A DNA stretch of 58,262 nucleotides from a virus (lineage: Duplodnaviria; Caudoviricetes). The position numbers and the translations under genes are program-made. The stretch lies in the IMG/VR virus record IMGVR_UViG_3300043637_000004, positions 1 to 58,262 of that record; one strand, written 5' to 3'. Of the stretch, positions 35,225 to 44,876 are shown piece by piece (the stretch's first letter is position 1; the number at the start of each line of letters is the position of its first letter). The notes beneath the pieces were generated by a model that was not told the DNA's origin, searched no databases, and saw only the letters and a list, made by a program, of their open reading frames with translations.

Positions 35225-35733
35225 TCGACTTCGTGGCCCTGGGCGATCAGGTGCTGCCCTCGGTGCCCACGCTGAGGTGCGTGCCGCTGGCAGAGCCGAA
35301 CTGCAGTGCGCTCTACCTGCGCCGGCTGGAGGCTGCGGACACCAGCCGGTGCGAATGGCTGTGCTTCGTGGACGGGGGTGACGACGTGCTCGACTTCGGT
35401 TTCGTGCCGGCCATGCACGCGCTGGCCCTGCGCGCTGCCAGTGCAGGGTACACCATCGGCTGGGCCACGGAGACTGTGCACGGCAAGCTGGACCCCCGCG
35501 GACACCCACACCATGGTGTGGTCTGCAACGTCGCGGCCCTGCGCGCCATCGACTGGCCGGATGGCTGCTACCACTGGGAGTCCATCGCATACGGCATGCT
35601 CAAGCGTGGTGGTCACGTCTTCGACCCGGTGCCGCGGTACGACTGGCGCCCGGGGCCGGGTGGTGCCCGGCTGTGGCCGAGCACACGCACCGGTATTGGC
35701 AACAGCAACCGCTGGTTGCGGGAGAATCTCTGA
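35209..35733 (+). CDS. glycosyltransferase (GT-A)-like protein
   Basis: RRLEA....EWLCFVDGGDDVL DxD-type motif, HHGVV, Y.WR. Confidence 0.55.
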   Translation: MAKPLIDFVALGDQVLPSVPTLRCVPLAEPNCSALYLRRLEAADTSRCEWLCFVDGGDDVLDFGFVPAMHALALRAASAGYTIGWATETVHGKLDPRGHPHHGVVCNVAALRAIDWPDGCYHWESIAYGMLKRGGHVFDPVPRYDWRPGPGGARLWPSTRTGIGNSNRWLRENL

Positions 35734-36941
35734 TGGCGCAGATCCGCGGCCTGACGACGTTCAGGGGCTTCCTGCACGCGGTGCGTGACAACATCGTGTA
35801 CCGCATCGACAGTGCCGGCGGCTTGACCAACCTTGGCACGATCAACAGCACCGGCGGCCCGGTTGACTTCGCGCAGACGGCGCAGCAGTTGGGCATCACC
35901 GACGGCGCGCAGTTGTTTGTGTACGACGGCACAACGCTGGAGCAGTCTCTGGACTACGTTCCGGGAGCGCGCATCGCCGTGATGGACCAGCGGCTGTTCT
36001 TCGACCAGCGGGACACCCAGGTGTTCGGGTTCGCCAACCTGAACAACATGCTGGCGATCGACGCCGACGACATTTTCAGCGCCGAGAAGCTGCCTGACAA
36101 CCTCAAGGCCGTGGTGGAGGTGTACGGGGAACTGCTGATGCTGGGGCAGTTCAGCGGCGAGGTGTGGAGTGGCGTTGGCGGGCTGGAGGTGGTGGCTCGC
36201 AACGAGAGCGCGCTGATCGAGTTCGGGACGGATGCGCCGTACTCATTGCAGAAGGTCGGCGGCTCGTGCATGTGGCTGGGCCGGAACGAGCGCGGGCAAA
36301 TGGCGGTTGTGCAAATGAAGGGCTACCAGTCGGTGCCTGTGAGCACGCGATCGATCGAAGAACGGTTCGAGGGCCTGGATGTAGACCGGGCGCGGGCGTA
36401 TGTGCGCCTGCGCGGCAAGCGCGAGTGCTACTACCTGAACTGCCCGGGCGTGGACACCACGCTGGTGTATGACACGGCCTTCAAGCAGTGGCACGAGGAA
36501 GCGGAGATCGTGAACGGCCAGTACAGGCCGGCGCGCGCCACGTGCGCCGCCTTCGCCTACGGCCGGCACTACGTGGGCGCCGACGACGGCAACCTGTACG
36601 AGGTACGCGAGGACGCTCACGACTTTGCCGGGGACGTGAAGTGCCGGGACCGGATATCGCCGGTGGTGGCCAACCCAGAGTTCAGTCTGATGCGGTTCCC
36701 GCACTTCGAGGTGCTGTGCCAGAAGGCTACGACGGCCACAGTGATGATGCGGTACAGCGACGACAACGGCCACACCTGGGGCAACTGGCGCTACGAGACG
36801 GCTGGGGATGCCGGCCAGTACCGGCGGCGGGTGCGGTTTGAGCGGCTAGGCCAGGCCGCTGACCGGGTGTACCAGGTGCGGGTGACAGACAACGCGCCGT
36901 TCAACCCGGTGACGGTTGATGTGGGGGTGCGGCGGCGATGA
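35733..36941 (+). CDS. main body of the P22 gp10-like tail hub
   Basis: Starts at IRG; SAEKLPDNL, GEVW, VSTRSIE, TLVYD...QWHE, VMMRYSDDNGHTWGN, GQYRRRVRFERLGQ. Confidence 0.85.
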   Translation: MAQIRGLTTFRGFLHAVRDNIVYRIDSAGGLTNLGTINSTGGPVDFAQTAQQLGITDGAQLFVYDGTTLEQSLDYVPGARIAVMDQRLFFDQRDTQVFGFANLNNMLAIDADDIFSAEKLPDNLKAVVEVYGELLMLGQFSGEVWSGVGGLEVVARNESALIEFGTDAPYSLQKVGGSCMWLGRNERGQMAVVQMKGYQSVPVSTRSIEERFEGLDVDRARAYVRLRGKRECYYLNCPGVDTTLVYDTAFKQWHEEAEIVNGQYRPARATCAAFAYGRHYVGADDGNLYEVREDAHDFAGDVKCRDRISPVVANPEFSLMRFPHFEVLCQKATTATVMMRYSDDNGHTWGNWRYETAGDAGQYRRRVRFERLGQAADRVYQVRVTDNAPFNPVTVDVGVRRR

Positions 36942-37315
36942 GGGTCACCCCCCAGCAGCAGCGCATCCCGCTGGTGGACCTGGCCACGGGGCTGATCCGT
37001 CGCGAGTGGCTGGGCGTGCTGGCGGCCGGCGAAGAGAGTGCCACCACCGCAGACCTGACGGCGCTTGTGACGGCGGTTGCTGGGCTGACGGCGCGCGTGC
37101 TGGACCTGGAGACTCGGGCCACGGTGGCCGAGGCTCGGCTGACGGCGCTGGAAGCAGCCCAGGTGCTCCCGCTGGTGTTTCAGCAGCCCGCCGATGCCGT
37201 TGGCCAGACGCTCGTTGTGCAGCCCGCGGCAGCCGTGTATGCCATGTCACCGGTGGTGCAGCCGGCCGCCTCCGTGCCGAGCCTGACCATGGTGGTGCAA
37301 CCATGCTGCCCGTGA
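36938..37315 (+). CDS. tail protein with a short coiled coil
   Basis: RIPLVDLATGLIRREW motif; follows the gp10-like gene. Confidence 0.65.
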   Translation: MRVTPQQQRIPLVDLATGLIRREWLGVLAAGEESATTADLTALVTAVAGLTARVLDLETRATVAEARLTALEAAQVLPLVFQQPADAVGQTLVVQPAAAVYAMSPVVQPAASVPSLTMVVQPCCP

Positions 37316-37722
37316 TCCTGCAACCGCCTCCACCCGGCGTGCGCGCTGGCGCGGCCAACCAGCGCCTGTTCGTGGGCCGCGGACTGAACCTGCAGAGCAC
37401 CACCGACCAGCCGCTGAACAAGGTTTTCGACGGCACCAGGTTCATCGTCAGCCAGATCCTGGCGTGCGGTCGCGGTGGCGGCGCTTCGGTCGCATGCCTT
37501 GGCGGTATCTACACCGGGCCCGGGAAGACCGGAAGCGTGCTGGTGGCGTCCGGCCAGTCTTGGCTTGGCGTGAGCGCTGCCGGGAAGCTGGTTCAGCCCA
37601 CGCCGGCCGCCCTGCTGAGCCCCGACGAGCAGAGCGCCGGCCTGCTGTACTTTTCACTGACCACTGGCAGTATTGCCGCGGCCACCGCCGACCTGTTCGT
37701 GTTCGGCGTCATCACCGACTGA
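37303..37722 (+). CDS. putative virion protein
   Basis: LNLQSTTDQ...GGIYTG...LYFSLTT..AATADLFVFG. Confidence 0.65.
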   Translation: MLPVILQPPPPGVRAGAANQRLFVGRGLNLQSTTDQPLNKVFDGTRFIVSQILACGRGGGASVACLGGIYTGPGKTGSVLVASGQSWLGVSAAGKLVQPTPAALLSPDEQSAGLLYFSLTTGSIAAATADLFVFGVITD

Positions 37723-37731
37723 GGAAAGACC

Positions 37732-38082
37732 ATGCAAAACAAGCCCGCACAACTAGTTGGCAACACCCAGGTGGCCGCCACGGACACCACCTACTACACC
37801 GTGCCCATCAACACCCGGACGACGATTACGGCGGCGCTGGTGAACAACACCACGGCCACAGCGAGAACGCTGACGGTGAACATCATTCCGAGCGGCGGAA
37901 GCGTCTCGGCGAGCAATAGGGTCGTGAGCGCGTTGGTGATCCCGGAAGCCGGAACCGCCCCGACACAGATCACGGCACTGATCGGCCAAACACTCTTACC
38001 TGGTGCTGTCATTTCAATGATCGCCGAAGCCGCCACGGCGCTGACTCCGCTCATCAGCGGCTACGAGACGATCATCAGCTAG
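37732..38082 (+). CDS. putative virion protein
   Basis: YYTVP..TRTTI...NNTT.....LTVNIIPSGG; GAGG RBS. Confidence 0.7.
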   Translation: MQNKPAQLVGNTQVAATDTTYYTVPINTRTTITAALVNNTTATARTLTVNIIPSGGSVSASNRVVSALVIPEAGTAPTQITALIGQTLLPGAVISMIAEAATALTPLISGYETIIS

Positions 38083-38116
38083 GCCGGGCATAGAATCTAA
38101 GTTAGCGAGCGCAAAC

Positions 38117-38662
38117 ATGGAAAGCACGGCAGTCATCACATTCCCGGAGGGCCCGGACTTCGACATGACGGCGCAGCCGCGGGGTCCGTACCGGCTGACG
38201 CTGGCGGAACGTGACGCGCGGCCGGCGCCGGCGCATCAACTGGAATTGCGCGGGAAGATTGACATGCTGGGGCTTCTGTTTAAGTCGCCGGCAGTGGATG
38301 CCGCCGGCTTCCATCGGCTTGACCCGGCAGACCCTGAGATGCTGTCGCACATGTTCACGCCCGGCATCTACCTGCGTAAGTTCAAGATGAAGGCCGGCTC
38401 GGTGGTGGTAGGGAAACTGCATGCTCAGGAGCACCTGTGCATCATCTCGGCCGGTCGGGCTCTGGTGACCACCGAAGCCGGGACGCAGGAGATTGCGGCG
38501 CCATGCGAGTTCGTTTCACCGGCCGGCTCCAAGCGGGCGCTGGTGATCCTGGAAGACATGGTATGGATCACCATCCACCGCAGCGATAAAACCGACCCAG
38601 AAGAACTACTGGACGAACTGACAATTCAAGAGCCGCACCTTGATCAGGGAGCTTTGCAATGA
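38117..38662 (+). CDS. cupin-like protein
   Basis: HMFTPGIYLR...VGKLH..EH...SPAGSKRA...WITIH. Confidence 0.7.
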   Translation: MESTAVITFPEGPDFDMTAQPRGPYRLTLAERDARPAPAHQLELRGKIDMLGLLFKSPAVDAAGFHRLDPADPEMLSHMFTPGIYLRKFKMKAGSVVVGKLHAQEHLCIISAGRALVTTEAGTQEIAAPCEFVSPAGSKRALVILEDMVWITIHRSDKTDPEELLDELTIQEPHLDQGALQ

Positions 38663-40455
38663 GCATGATGTGGGTAGGAATTGGCAGTGCTGGCGCGAGT
38701 TTGGCATCCGGGATTATCGGGAGCCGTTCTTCGCGCCGCAACCAGGACGCGCAGAATCAGGCGAACCAGGCGGAACTGGCTGAGCAGCGCCGGCAGTTCG
38801 ACCTGAACTATGCGCGGCAGGAGCCGTACCACCAAGCCGGCGTTGGCGCCACGCAGGAACTGCAGGGCATGCGGTTCCGCGCGCCAACGGCTGCGGATGT
38901 GACGAATGACGCTGGGTACTCGTTTGGGCTGAACGAGGGCCGGGAGGCGCTGGAGAACAGCGCGGCGGCGCGCGGGGGCCTGTTCAGCGGGAACACGGCG
39001 AAGAGCCTGCTGAAGTACGGCACCGACTACGGCACGACGAAGTTCAACGACGCCTTCGAGCGGCAGCGCAGCGCCTTCAACACGAACAGCGGCAACCTGT
39101 TCAACCTGGCCAACATTGGCACGGGGGCTGCGGCGCAGTTGCAGGGAGCCGGCGCCAACTACGCGAACAACGTTGGCAACATCGCCCAGCGCGGAGCCGA
39201 TGCGGCTGGCGGGGCATCGATCGCCCGCGGGAACATCTGGAGCGATGCCATCAACCAAGGCGTGAGCATCGGCAACCGGCTCAACTGGGGTCGGGGCGGC
39301 GGCAACGTTCCGACCTATGCACCGAGCCAGTACGGTGACCTGGGCGAGCAGAACTTCGCCGACGGCGGCCCCGTGCTGGTGGAGGTGGCGCCGGGCCGCT
39401 ACGAGCCCAAGGTTGGCACGCGGTCGAAGCGCCCGGGCGCTGGTGGTGGCGGTGCCATGGGCAACGAGAACCTGGTGCTGGCCTTGGCCGCGGAGGGCGG
39501 GGCCAGCGCGCCAAAGGCTGCCCCGCGCTACCGCACCATGCGCGACATGCAGGTGGAGAAGGCGCTGAAGGACGCCGGAGCTTACGCTGACGGTGGACCA
39601 GTTTTGCAGCAGGTTGATCCTGTGCGTGGTGAGCAGTTGAAGGCGTTCCTTGACATGGCCGTCAGAAATGGCGGGCTTGACCAACTTGAAGGCGAAATCG
39701 CGAAACGGAAAGCATTCATTGAGCGGAATCGGACCTTGCCGGTTGGAGGAAAACCGTACGGCCTTCCATCCCAGCGCGGAGGTGGACCCAATGCCACATC
39801 CACGATGTTCGGTGGCGCCAAAGATGAGTCGGCCGCATACGACGCCGTGATGAACCTTCAAGAATCAGAGCTTGAGGATCTGCTTGAACGTCGCCGCCGC
39901 ATGATGAAACCGGACCTGAGCCAGTATGGTGAAAATGCGTCCCCAGCCTACGCCGACGGCGGCCCGGTGATGGTGCCGGACGGCGGCGGCAGGATGGTGC
40001 CGCAGATCGGAATGCGCACGCCGCGGCCCGGGACAGGCACCGGAGGCGGCATGAGCCGGGAGGAGATCCTGCAGGCCCTGACGGCGGTGCAGGCCGCTTC
40101 CGCTCCAGCCTCGGCCCCGGCTGGTCTGGCCGACCTCAAGGAGAACCCGGTGACCAACCCGCAGGGCGTGACGGAGCAGCGGCTGAAGGATGCTGGCGCC
40201 TACCAAGATGGCGGGCCGGTGGGCGGGAAGAAGAAGGCCAAGTGCTACGCCGGTGGTGGCGGCGTGCGCAAGGACGCCAGAGGGGGCGGCAAGGTGGCCG
40301 GGCCAGGCGGTCCGCGCGAGGACAAGGTGCCGGCGTGGCTGAGCAATGGCGAACACGTGTTCGATGCCGCGGCGGTGGACGGGGCCGGCGGCGGCGACAA
40401 CCTGCGCGGTCAGCAGGTGCTCAACCAGGTTCGCGCGGCACTGCGGGGAGGCTGA
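38659..40455 (+). CDS. DNA ejection protein (gp7-like N-domain) with repeated DGGPV cassettes
   Basis: Gly/Ala-rich N-terminus, PY..AG, AAARGGLFSGNT..L..YG; four [FY]xDGGPV motifs; C-terminal GPGG...DKVPAWLSNGEHV. Confidence 0.8.
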   Translation: MSMMWVGIGSAGASLASGIIGSRSSRRNQDAQNQANQAELAEQRRQFDLNYARQEPYHQAGVGATQELQGMRFRAPTAADVTNDAGYSFGLNEGREALENSAAARGGLFSGNTAKSLLKYGTDYGTTKFNDAFERQRSAFNTNSGNLFNLANIGTGAAAQLQGAGANYANNVGNIAQRGADAAGGASIARGNIWSDAINQGVSIGNRLNWGRGGGNVPTYAPSQYGDLGEQNFADGGPVLVEVAPGRYEPKVGTRSKRPGAGGGGAMGNENLVLALAAEGGASAPKAAPRYRTMRDMQVEKALKDAGAYADGGPVLQQVDPVRGEQLKAFLDMAVRNGGLDQLEGEIAKRKAFIERNRTLPVGGKPYGLPSQRGGGPNATSTMFGGAKDESAAYDAVMNLQESELEDLLERRRRMMKPDLSQYGENASPAYADGGPVMVPDGGGRMVPQIGMRTPRPGTGTGGGMSREEILQALTAVQAASAPASAPAGLADLKENPVTNPQGVTEQRLKDAGAYQDGGPVGGKKKAKCYAGGGGVRKDARGGGKVAGPGGPREDKVPAWLSNGEHVFDAAAVDGAGGGDNLRGQQVLNQVRAALRGG

Positions 40456-40457
40456 TC

Positions 40458-41960
40458 ATGGCCGGCTACGACCTCTACAGCCAGATCGGCAAGGGCGTGC
40501 GCTCGGTGGGCGACTACGACCGGGACTTTGAGCGGCTCCAAGCTGACAAGCTGGGCAACCAAGCCAACCAGGCGGCGCTGCTGCTGAACCAGCAGAAGGC
40601 CGACGAGTACACCCGCGGCGTGGCCGAACAAAACGCGCTGCGGCAGGCTCTGGCGGGGGCGACCACGACCGAGGACCGCATCGAGCGCGCCAGGCGCACC
40701 GGGACCGGTGCCGGCTTCGCTCTGGCGGCCGGAGAAGAGAAGGGCCTGCTGGAGCGCCAGAAGACGGGCGCTGAGGTGGGGGCCAAGAAGGCCGCCGCCG
40801 ACAAGGATACCTACGAGACGGGACGCAAGCGCTACGAGCACCGGATCGCCGGGCTCTCGCAGTTCCAGGACGCCGAGGGCGCGAAGCAGTGGCTGGCCGA
40901 CAGCGTGCACAAGGGCGACTTGGGCATGGACGAGGCCACCAGGATGATCCAGAAGATCCCCGGGGACCCGGCGGCTTTTGGCCAATGGAAGAACGACACC
41001 ATCTTCTCGTTGAACGACGCGGCCAAGCAGGCCGGCTACATCCGGCCGGATGCGAATGCCACGCTGAGCGCTCAGACCAGTACCGCCAACAACACGGCGA
41101 CGAATGCGCGCATGGCGACCGAGGGGGAAGCCAACCGCGCTGTGACCATCCGCGGCCAGGACAAGATCGACGCCAGGGAGATGCGGAAAATCACCCAATC
41201 CACGGCCGAAGCGGCCGACGCATCTGCCCCTGTGCTTGGCGTGCCGGTGCCGAAGGTGTTCCCGTGGGCGAACCAGAGCCGCGACATCGACAAGAACAAG
41301 GTCAAGGCCGCAGAGGTAAGGGCTGGCGGAAAGCTTGTGGACAAGGATATCGAGCATGCCTCCAAAGAGGCCGGCGCGGCTGCAGACGCGAAGCGATTCC
41401 TGGAACTGAACAGCCGGGTGAATACTGGCGGCATTTCGGACAAGATCCCTGGCGGACAGTTGGTTCAATCAATGGGATCAGACTACGCCGAGATGCAAGC
41501 CATCACAGCAAAACTTGCGCCAATGATGCGTGCGACCGGCAGTGGATCCACTTCGGACTACGACATCAAGCAGTTCGAGCGCGCCACAGTGGGGGTGGAC
41601 AAGCCGAACGCGGCGAACAAGAACATCGCGGCCGGGATCATGGCGCGTGCCCAGCAGGCGCAGGACTACGCCGACTTCCGCACCACCTACCTGGAGCAGA
41701 ACGGCACGCTGGTTGGCAGCGACCGGCATTGGAAGCAGTACGTCGCGAAGAACCCCATCTTCGACCCGAAGGCGAAGGCCGGTAGTTTCACGCTGAACAC
41801 CGCCAGGCAGCCGTGGAAGGACTACTTCGCGACGACGGCCGACGCCCCGGCCGCGTCGGCGCCTCGCCCACCCAGCCCGATTGGCCAGTCGTCGCGGGTT
41901 GGCGGCCAGGCTCCGGCAGCCGCCGCGCCAGCCGCTGGCCCAACCGTGAGCAACTGGTAA
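40458..41960 (+). CDS. DNA ejection / internal virion protein
   Basis: Helical, Ala/Gln-rich; GSGSTSDYDIKQF; position in the ejection module. Confidence 0.7.
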   Translation: MAGYDLYSQIGKGVRSVGDYDRDFERLQADKLGNQANQAALLLNQQKADEYTRGVAEQNALRQALAGATTTEDRIERARRTGTGAGFALAAGEEKGLLERQKTGAEVGAKKAAADKDTYETGRKRYEHRIAGLSQFQDAEGAKQWLADSVHKGDLGMDEATRMIQKIPGDPAAFGQWKNDTIFSLNDAAKQAGYIRPDANATLSAQTSTANNTATNARMATEGEANRAVTIRGQDKIDAREMRKITQSTAEAADASAPVLGVPVPKVFPWANQSRDIDKNKVKAAEVRAGGKLVDKDIEHASKEAGAAADAKRFLELNSRVNTGGISDKIPGGQLVQSMGSDYAEMQAITAKLAPMMRATGSGSTSDYDIKQFERATVGVDKPNAANKNIAAGIMARAQQAQDYADFRTTYLEQNGTLVGSDRHWKQYVAKNPIFDPKAKAGSFTLNTARQPWKDYFATTADAPAASAPRPPSPIGQSSRVGGQAPAAAAPAAGPTVSNW

Positions 41961-43966
41961 TGGCCCGCGACATCACCGTTTCGTTCGACGACGGCACGCA
42001 GCACGTTTACCGTGGGGCGCCTGACGACGCAACTCCGGACGCTGTGCGCCAGCGCGCGGAGAAGGAGTTCGGTAAGTCCGTGAAGGCCATGGACGGCGGA
42101 CGCGGAACGGCGCCGGCCCAGGGTTCGGCCGCGCCGACACGCGAAGATCGCATGGCTGCGATGAAGGCGTCGAACCCGGGCGAGTACGACCCCGCATCGC
42201 CGGAGTGGCAAGCCAAGTACGGTGCCACCTCCGGCATGTCGAATCTGGATCTGGGGCTGGCCGGCGCTGGCAAAGCTGTGGCCGATACCGGTCGAGGCGT
42301 GGGCCAACTTATCGGCCGCGGGCTGGATCTGGTCACCACGCCGAAGCGCTCCGTGAGCGACCTGGTGACGGGCGGCGCCGGATCCACGCTGTCGCAGCGC
42401 CTGGGGCTGCCGCAGTATGAGGATGTGGCCGATGCCCGCCAGCGCGACGCCGCGCTGATGGACACCGGCGCCGGCCACGCCGGGAACATCGGCGGCAACG
42501 TGCTGATGACGCTGGTACCTGGCGGGGCGCTGAAGGGCGCCGCCACCGGGCTTGGCGCCTTGCAGGGGGCGCGCGCTGGCAACACGGCGGCGCAGATCCT
42601 GCGCGCATCGGCTCCGGCCGGCAGCATTCTGAACCGGGCTGGGCAGGCAATGATCGCGCCCACCACGCTCGGTGGCGCGGCCACGCTTGGCGCCGCCACT
42701 GGCGCGCTGCAGCCGGTGACCAGCGAGGGTGAGGCCGGAGTGAATGTGGCGCTCGGCGGCCTGGCTGGGTGGGGCGGGCAAGCTGTCGGCAACGCCTTGG
42801 CCCGGGCGGTGCGGCCGAACACGGTGGCCACGAAAGAGGAGTTGCTCCGGCGCGGCATGAACCCTGACGATGCTGCCCGCACCGCCAAGCGCGCCGACCA
42901 TCTCCAACAGTTGATGGCCGAGGGCGTCACGCCCACCCCGGGGCAGGCCCTGGGCGGCATGGCCCAGCGAGTGGAAGAGGCGCTGAACTGGCTGCCGGGC
43001 GTGCGCGAGGGCCAGCGGCGCGCCGTGGGCGACCTGAACACGGCGGCCTTCAACCGCGCGCTGGAGCCGATCGGCCAGAAGATGCCGAAGGGCGTGCAGG
43101 GCCGGGAGGCGGTCGAGCACGTCGAGAACGCCCTCGGAGACCGGTACGACCGCCTGATGCCGCGCCTGACCACGAACATGGACGGGCAGTTCATCACCGA
43201 GATCAACCAGCTTCGGAACTCGCTGGCCCGCGGCGCGATCAAGCAGGAGATCCCGGATCACTTCGAGCGGATTCTGAACGATCAGGTGCTGGTGAAGTTC
43301 CAGGGTCCGAATGCCACCGTGACCGGGCGCACGTTGAAGGAGATCGAGAGCGACCTCGGAAACCTGTGGCGCGAGTACCGGTCATCGGCCAGCCCAGACG
43401 AGCGCAAGCTGGGTGATGCCATCAGGGAGACCCAGGCGATCCTGCGCGACAACGTGGCCCGCAGCAACCCCGCTGCCGCGAAGGAGTTGAAGGCCATCAA
43501 CACCGGCTGGGCCAACTTCGAGCGGGCTGCCAGCGCCAGCGGCTACCTGGGCGCCGAGGGCGGTGTGTTCGGTGCCGGCCAACTGGCTGGCGCCGTGAAG
43601 GCCGGGGACCGCAGCGCCAGGAAGAAAGACAACCGCGCCGGCCGGGCGCTGATGCAAGACCTGTCGGACGCTGGCCAGGCCGTGCTGGGCCAGAAGGTGC
43701 CCGACTCCGGCACGCCGTTCCGGTCCCTGGCCACGCTGGCGGCCACCGGTGCGGCAGGGGGAGCGGGCGGGCTGCCGGCCGCAGCGGCGGTGCTGGCCGC
43801 CCCCATCGCCTACTCGCGCCCGGGTCAAAACGCCCTGGCCGCCCTGCTGGCCCGCCGCGGCGACTGGTCTGAGCCGGTCGGCAGCGCCCTGCGCCGGTTC
43901 GCCCCCGCTGCCGGCATCGCCGGATCTGCCGCAGCCAACGCGCGTGAGCGCCCAACCAACGACTGA
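41960..43966 (+). CDS. DNA ejection / internal virion protein
   Basis: Gly/Ala-rich hydrophobic segments, GVTPTPGQ, VPDSGT. Confidence 0.7.
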   Translation: MARDITVSFDDGTQHVYRGAPDDATPDAVRQRAEKEFGKSVKAMDGGRGTAPAQGSAAPTREDRMAAMKASNPGEYDPASPEWQAKYGATSGMSNLDLGLAGAGKAVADTGRGVGQLIGRGLDLVTTPKRSVSDLVTGGAGSTLSQRLGLPQYEDVADARQRDAALMDTGAGHAGNIGGNVLMTLVPGGALKGAATGLGALQGARAGNTAAQILRASAPAGSILNRAGQAMIAPTTLGGAATLGAATGALQPVTSEGEAGVNVALGGLAGWGGQAVGNALARAVRPNTVATKEELLRRGMNPDDAARTAKRADHLQQLMAEGVTPTPGQALGGMAQRVEEALNWLPGVREGQRRAVGDLNTAAFNRALEPIGQKMPKGVQGREAVEHVENALGDRYDRLMPRLTTNMDGQFITEINQLRNSLARGAIKQEIPDHFERILNDQVLVKFQGPNATVTGRTLKEIESDLGNLWREYRSSASPDERKLGDAIRETQAILRDNVARSNPAAAKELKAINTGWANFERAASASGYLGAEGGVFGAGQLAGAVKAGDRSARKKDNRAGRALMQDLSDAGQAVLGQKVPDSGTPFRSLATLAATGAAGGAGGLPAAAAVLAAPIAYSRPGQNALAALLARRGDWSEPVGSALRRFAPAAGIAGSAAANARERPTND

Positions 43967-43972
43967 GGCATC

Positions 43973-44851
43973 ATGGCAACGAACCCAGCCTACTTCATGC
44001 AGCAGCAGTTCACGGACGCCGGGGCGGTGGCCGCGAACTACCTGCTGGACACGTTCCTGTCGGGCACAACGACGCCCGCCACGACATGGCAGGACGCGGC
44101 CGAGGGGGCCACGAACGCGAGCCCCATCGTGCTGGACGCGGGCGGTCGCTGCACCATCTTCCTGAACCCGGCGGTGCTGTACACCTTTCGCCTGCGCACG
44201 CCGGGTGGCACGACGGTGTGGACGCGCGACAGCATCGCCGGGCAGCCGGTGACGGACGCAACGCAGTTCCTGCCGCTGGACGGCTCAGATGACATGACGG
44301 GCTTGTTCGCGCTGAGTGGTAACGCCACGGCGGCGCTGCACCCGGTACCGCTGCAGCAGGCCCAAACACTGATCTCCGCGGCGTCGGCGTCTCTCACGAC
44401 GGCCCTGAGTGGTCAGATCATGGTGGGTGCGGTGATGATGTGGATGCTTCCGACTGCGCCAAACGATGACTGGCTGTTGCTCAACGGCGTGGCGGCGAGC
44501 AGATCCGCGTACCCGGCGTTGTTCGCGTTGTGGGGGACAACTTTCGGGGCAGGTGATGGTTCAACGACGTTCGGTATTCCGGGCTTCAGCGGCTATGTGC
44601 CAAGGGGTCTTGATCTCACGGGTCTCATTGACCCGGACGGCGGAACACGCGTGCTGGGGAGCATCCAGCAGGATCTTGTGAAGGCCCACACCCACAGCTA
44701 TGTGGCCACGGCCAACGGCCGCTCCGGTGGCGCAGAGGGCGGCGCCAGAGACAGCGCCGGCCATGGCGAGAACTACACCACCGGCGCCAACGTTGGCGCC
44801 GAGAACCGCATGAAGAACATCGCCGTCAACTTCATCGTCAAGGCCGCTTGA
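43973..44851 (+). CDS. tail fibre protein with a phage tail-collar domain
   Basis: GTTTPATTW.D...PIVLDAGG head-binding-type N-terminus; WLLLNG...SRSAYPALF..WGTTFGAGDGSTTF collar; ENR.KNIAVNFIVK. Confidence 0.85.
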   Translation: MATNPAYFMQQQFTDAGAVAANYLLDTFLSGTTTPATTWQDAAEGATNASPIVLDAGGRCTIFLNPAVLYTFRLRTPGGTTVWTRDSIAGQPVTDATQFLPLDGSDDMTGLFALSGNATAALHPVPLQQAQTLISAASASLTTALSGQIMVGAVMMWMLPTAPNDDWLLLNGVAASRSAYPALFALWGTTFGAGDGSTTFGIPGFSGYVPRGLDLTGLIDPDGGTRVLGSIQQDLVKAHTHSYVATANGRSGGAEGGARDSAGHGENYTTGANVGAENRMKNIAVNFIVKAA

Positions 44852-44876
44852 AGGACGCTACTCCAAGGATAAGCAC

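Noticed and set aside
34470-35733. Self-splicing intron or DGR explaining the split tail gene
   Set aside because: I saw no group I/II hallmarks, no reverse transcriptase and no template/variable repeat pair. The downstream part has its own RBS.
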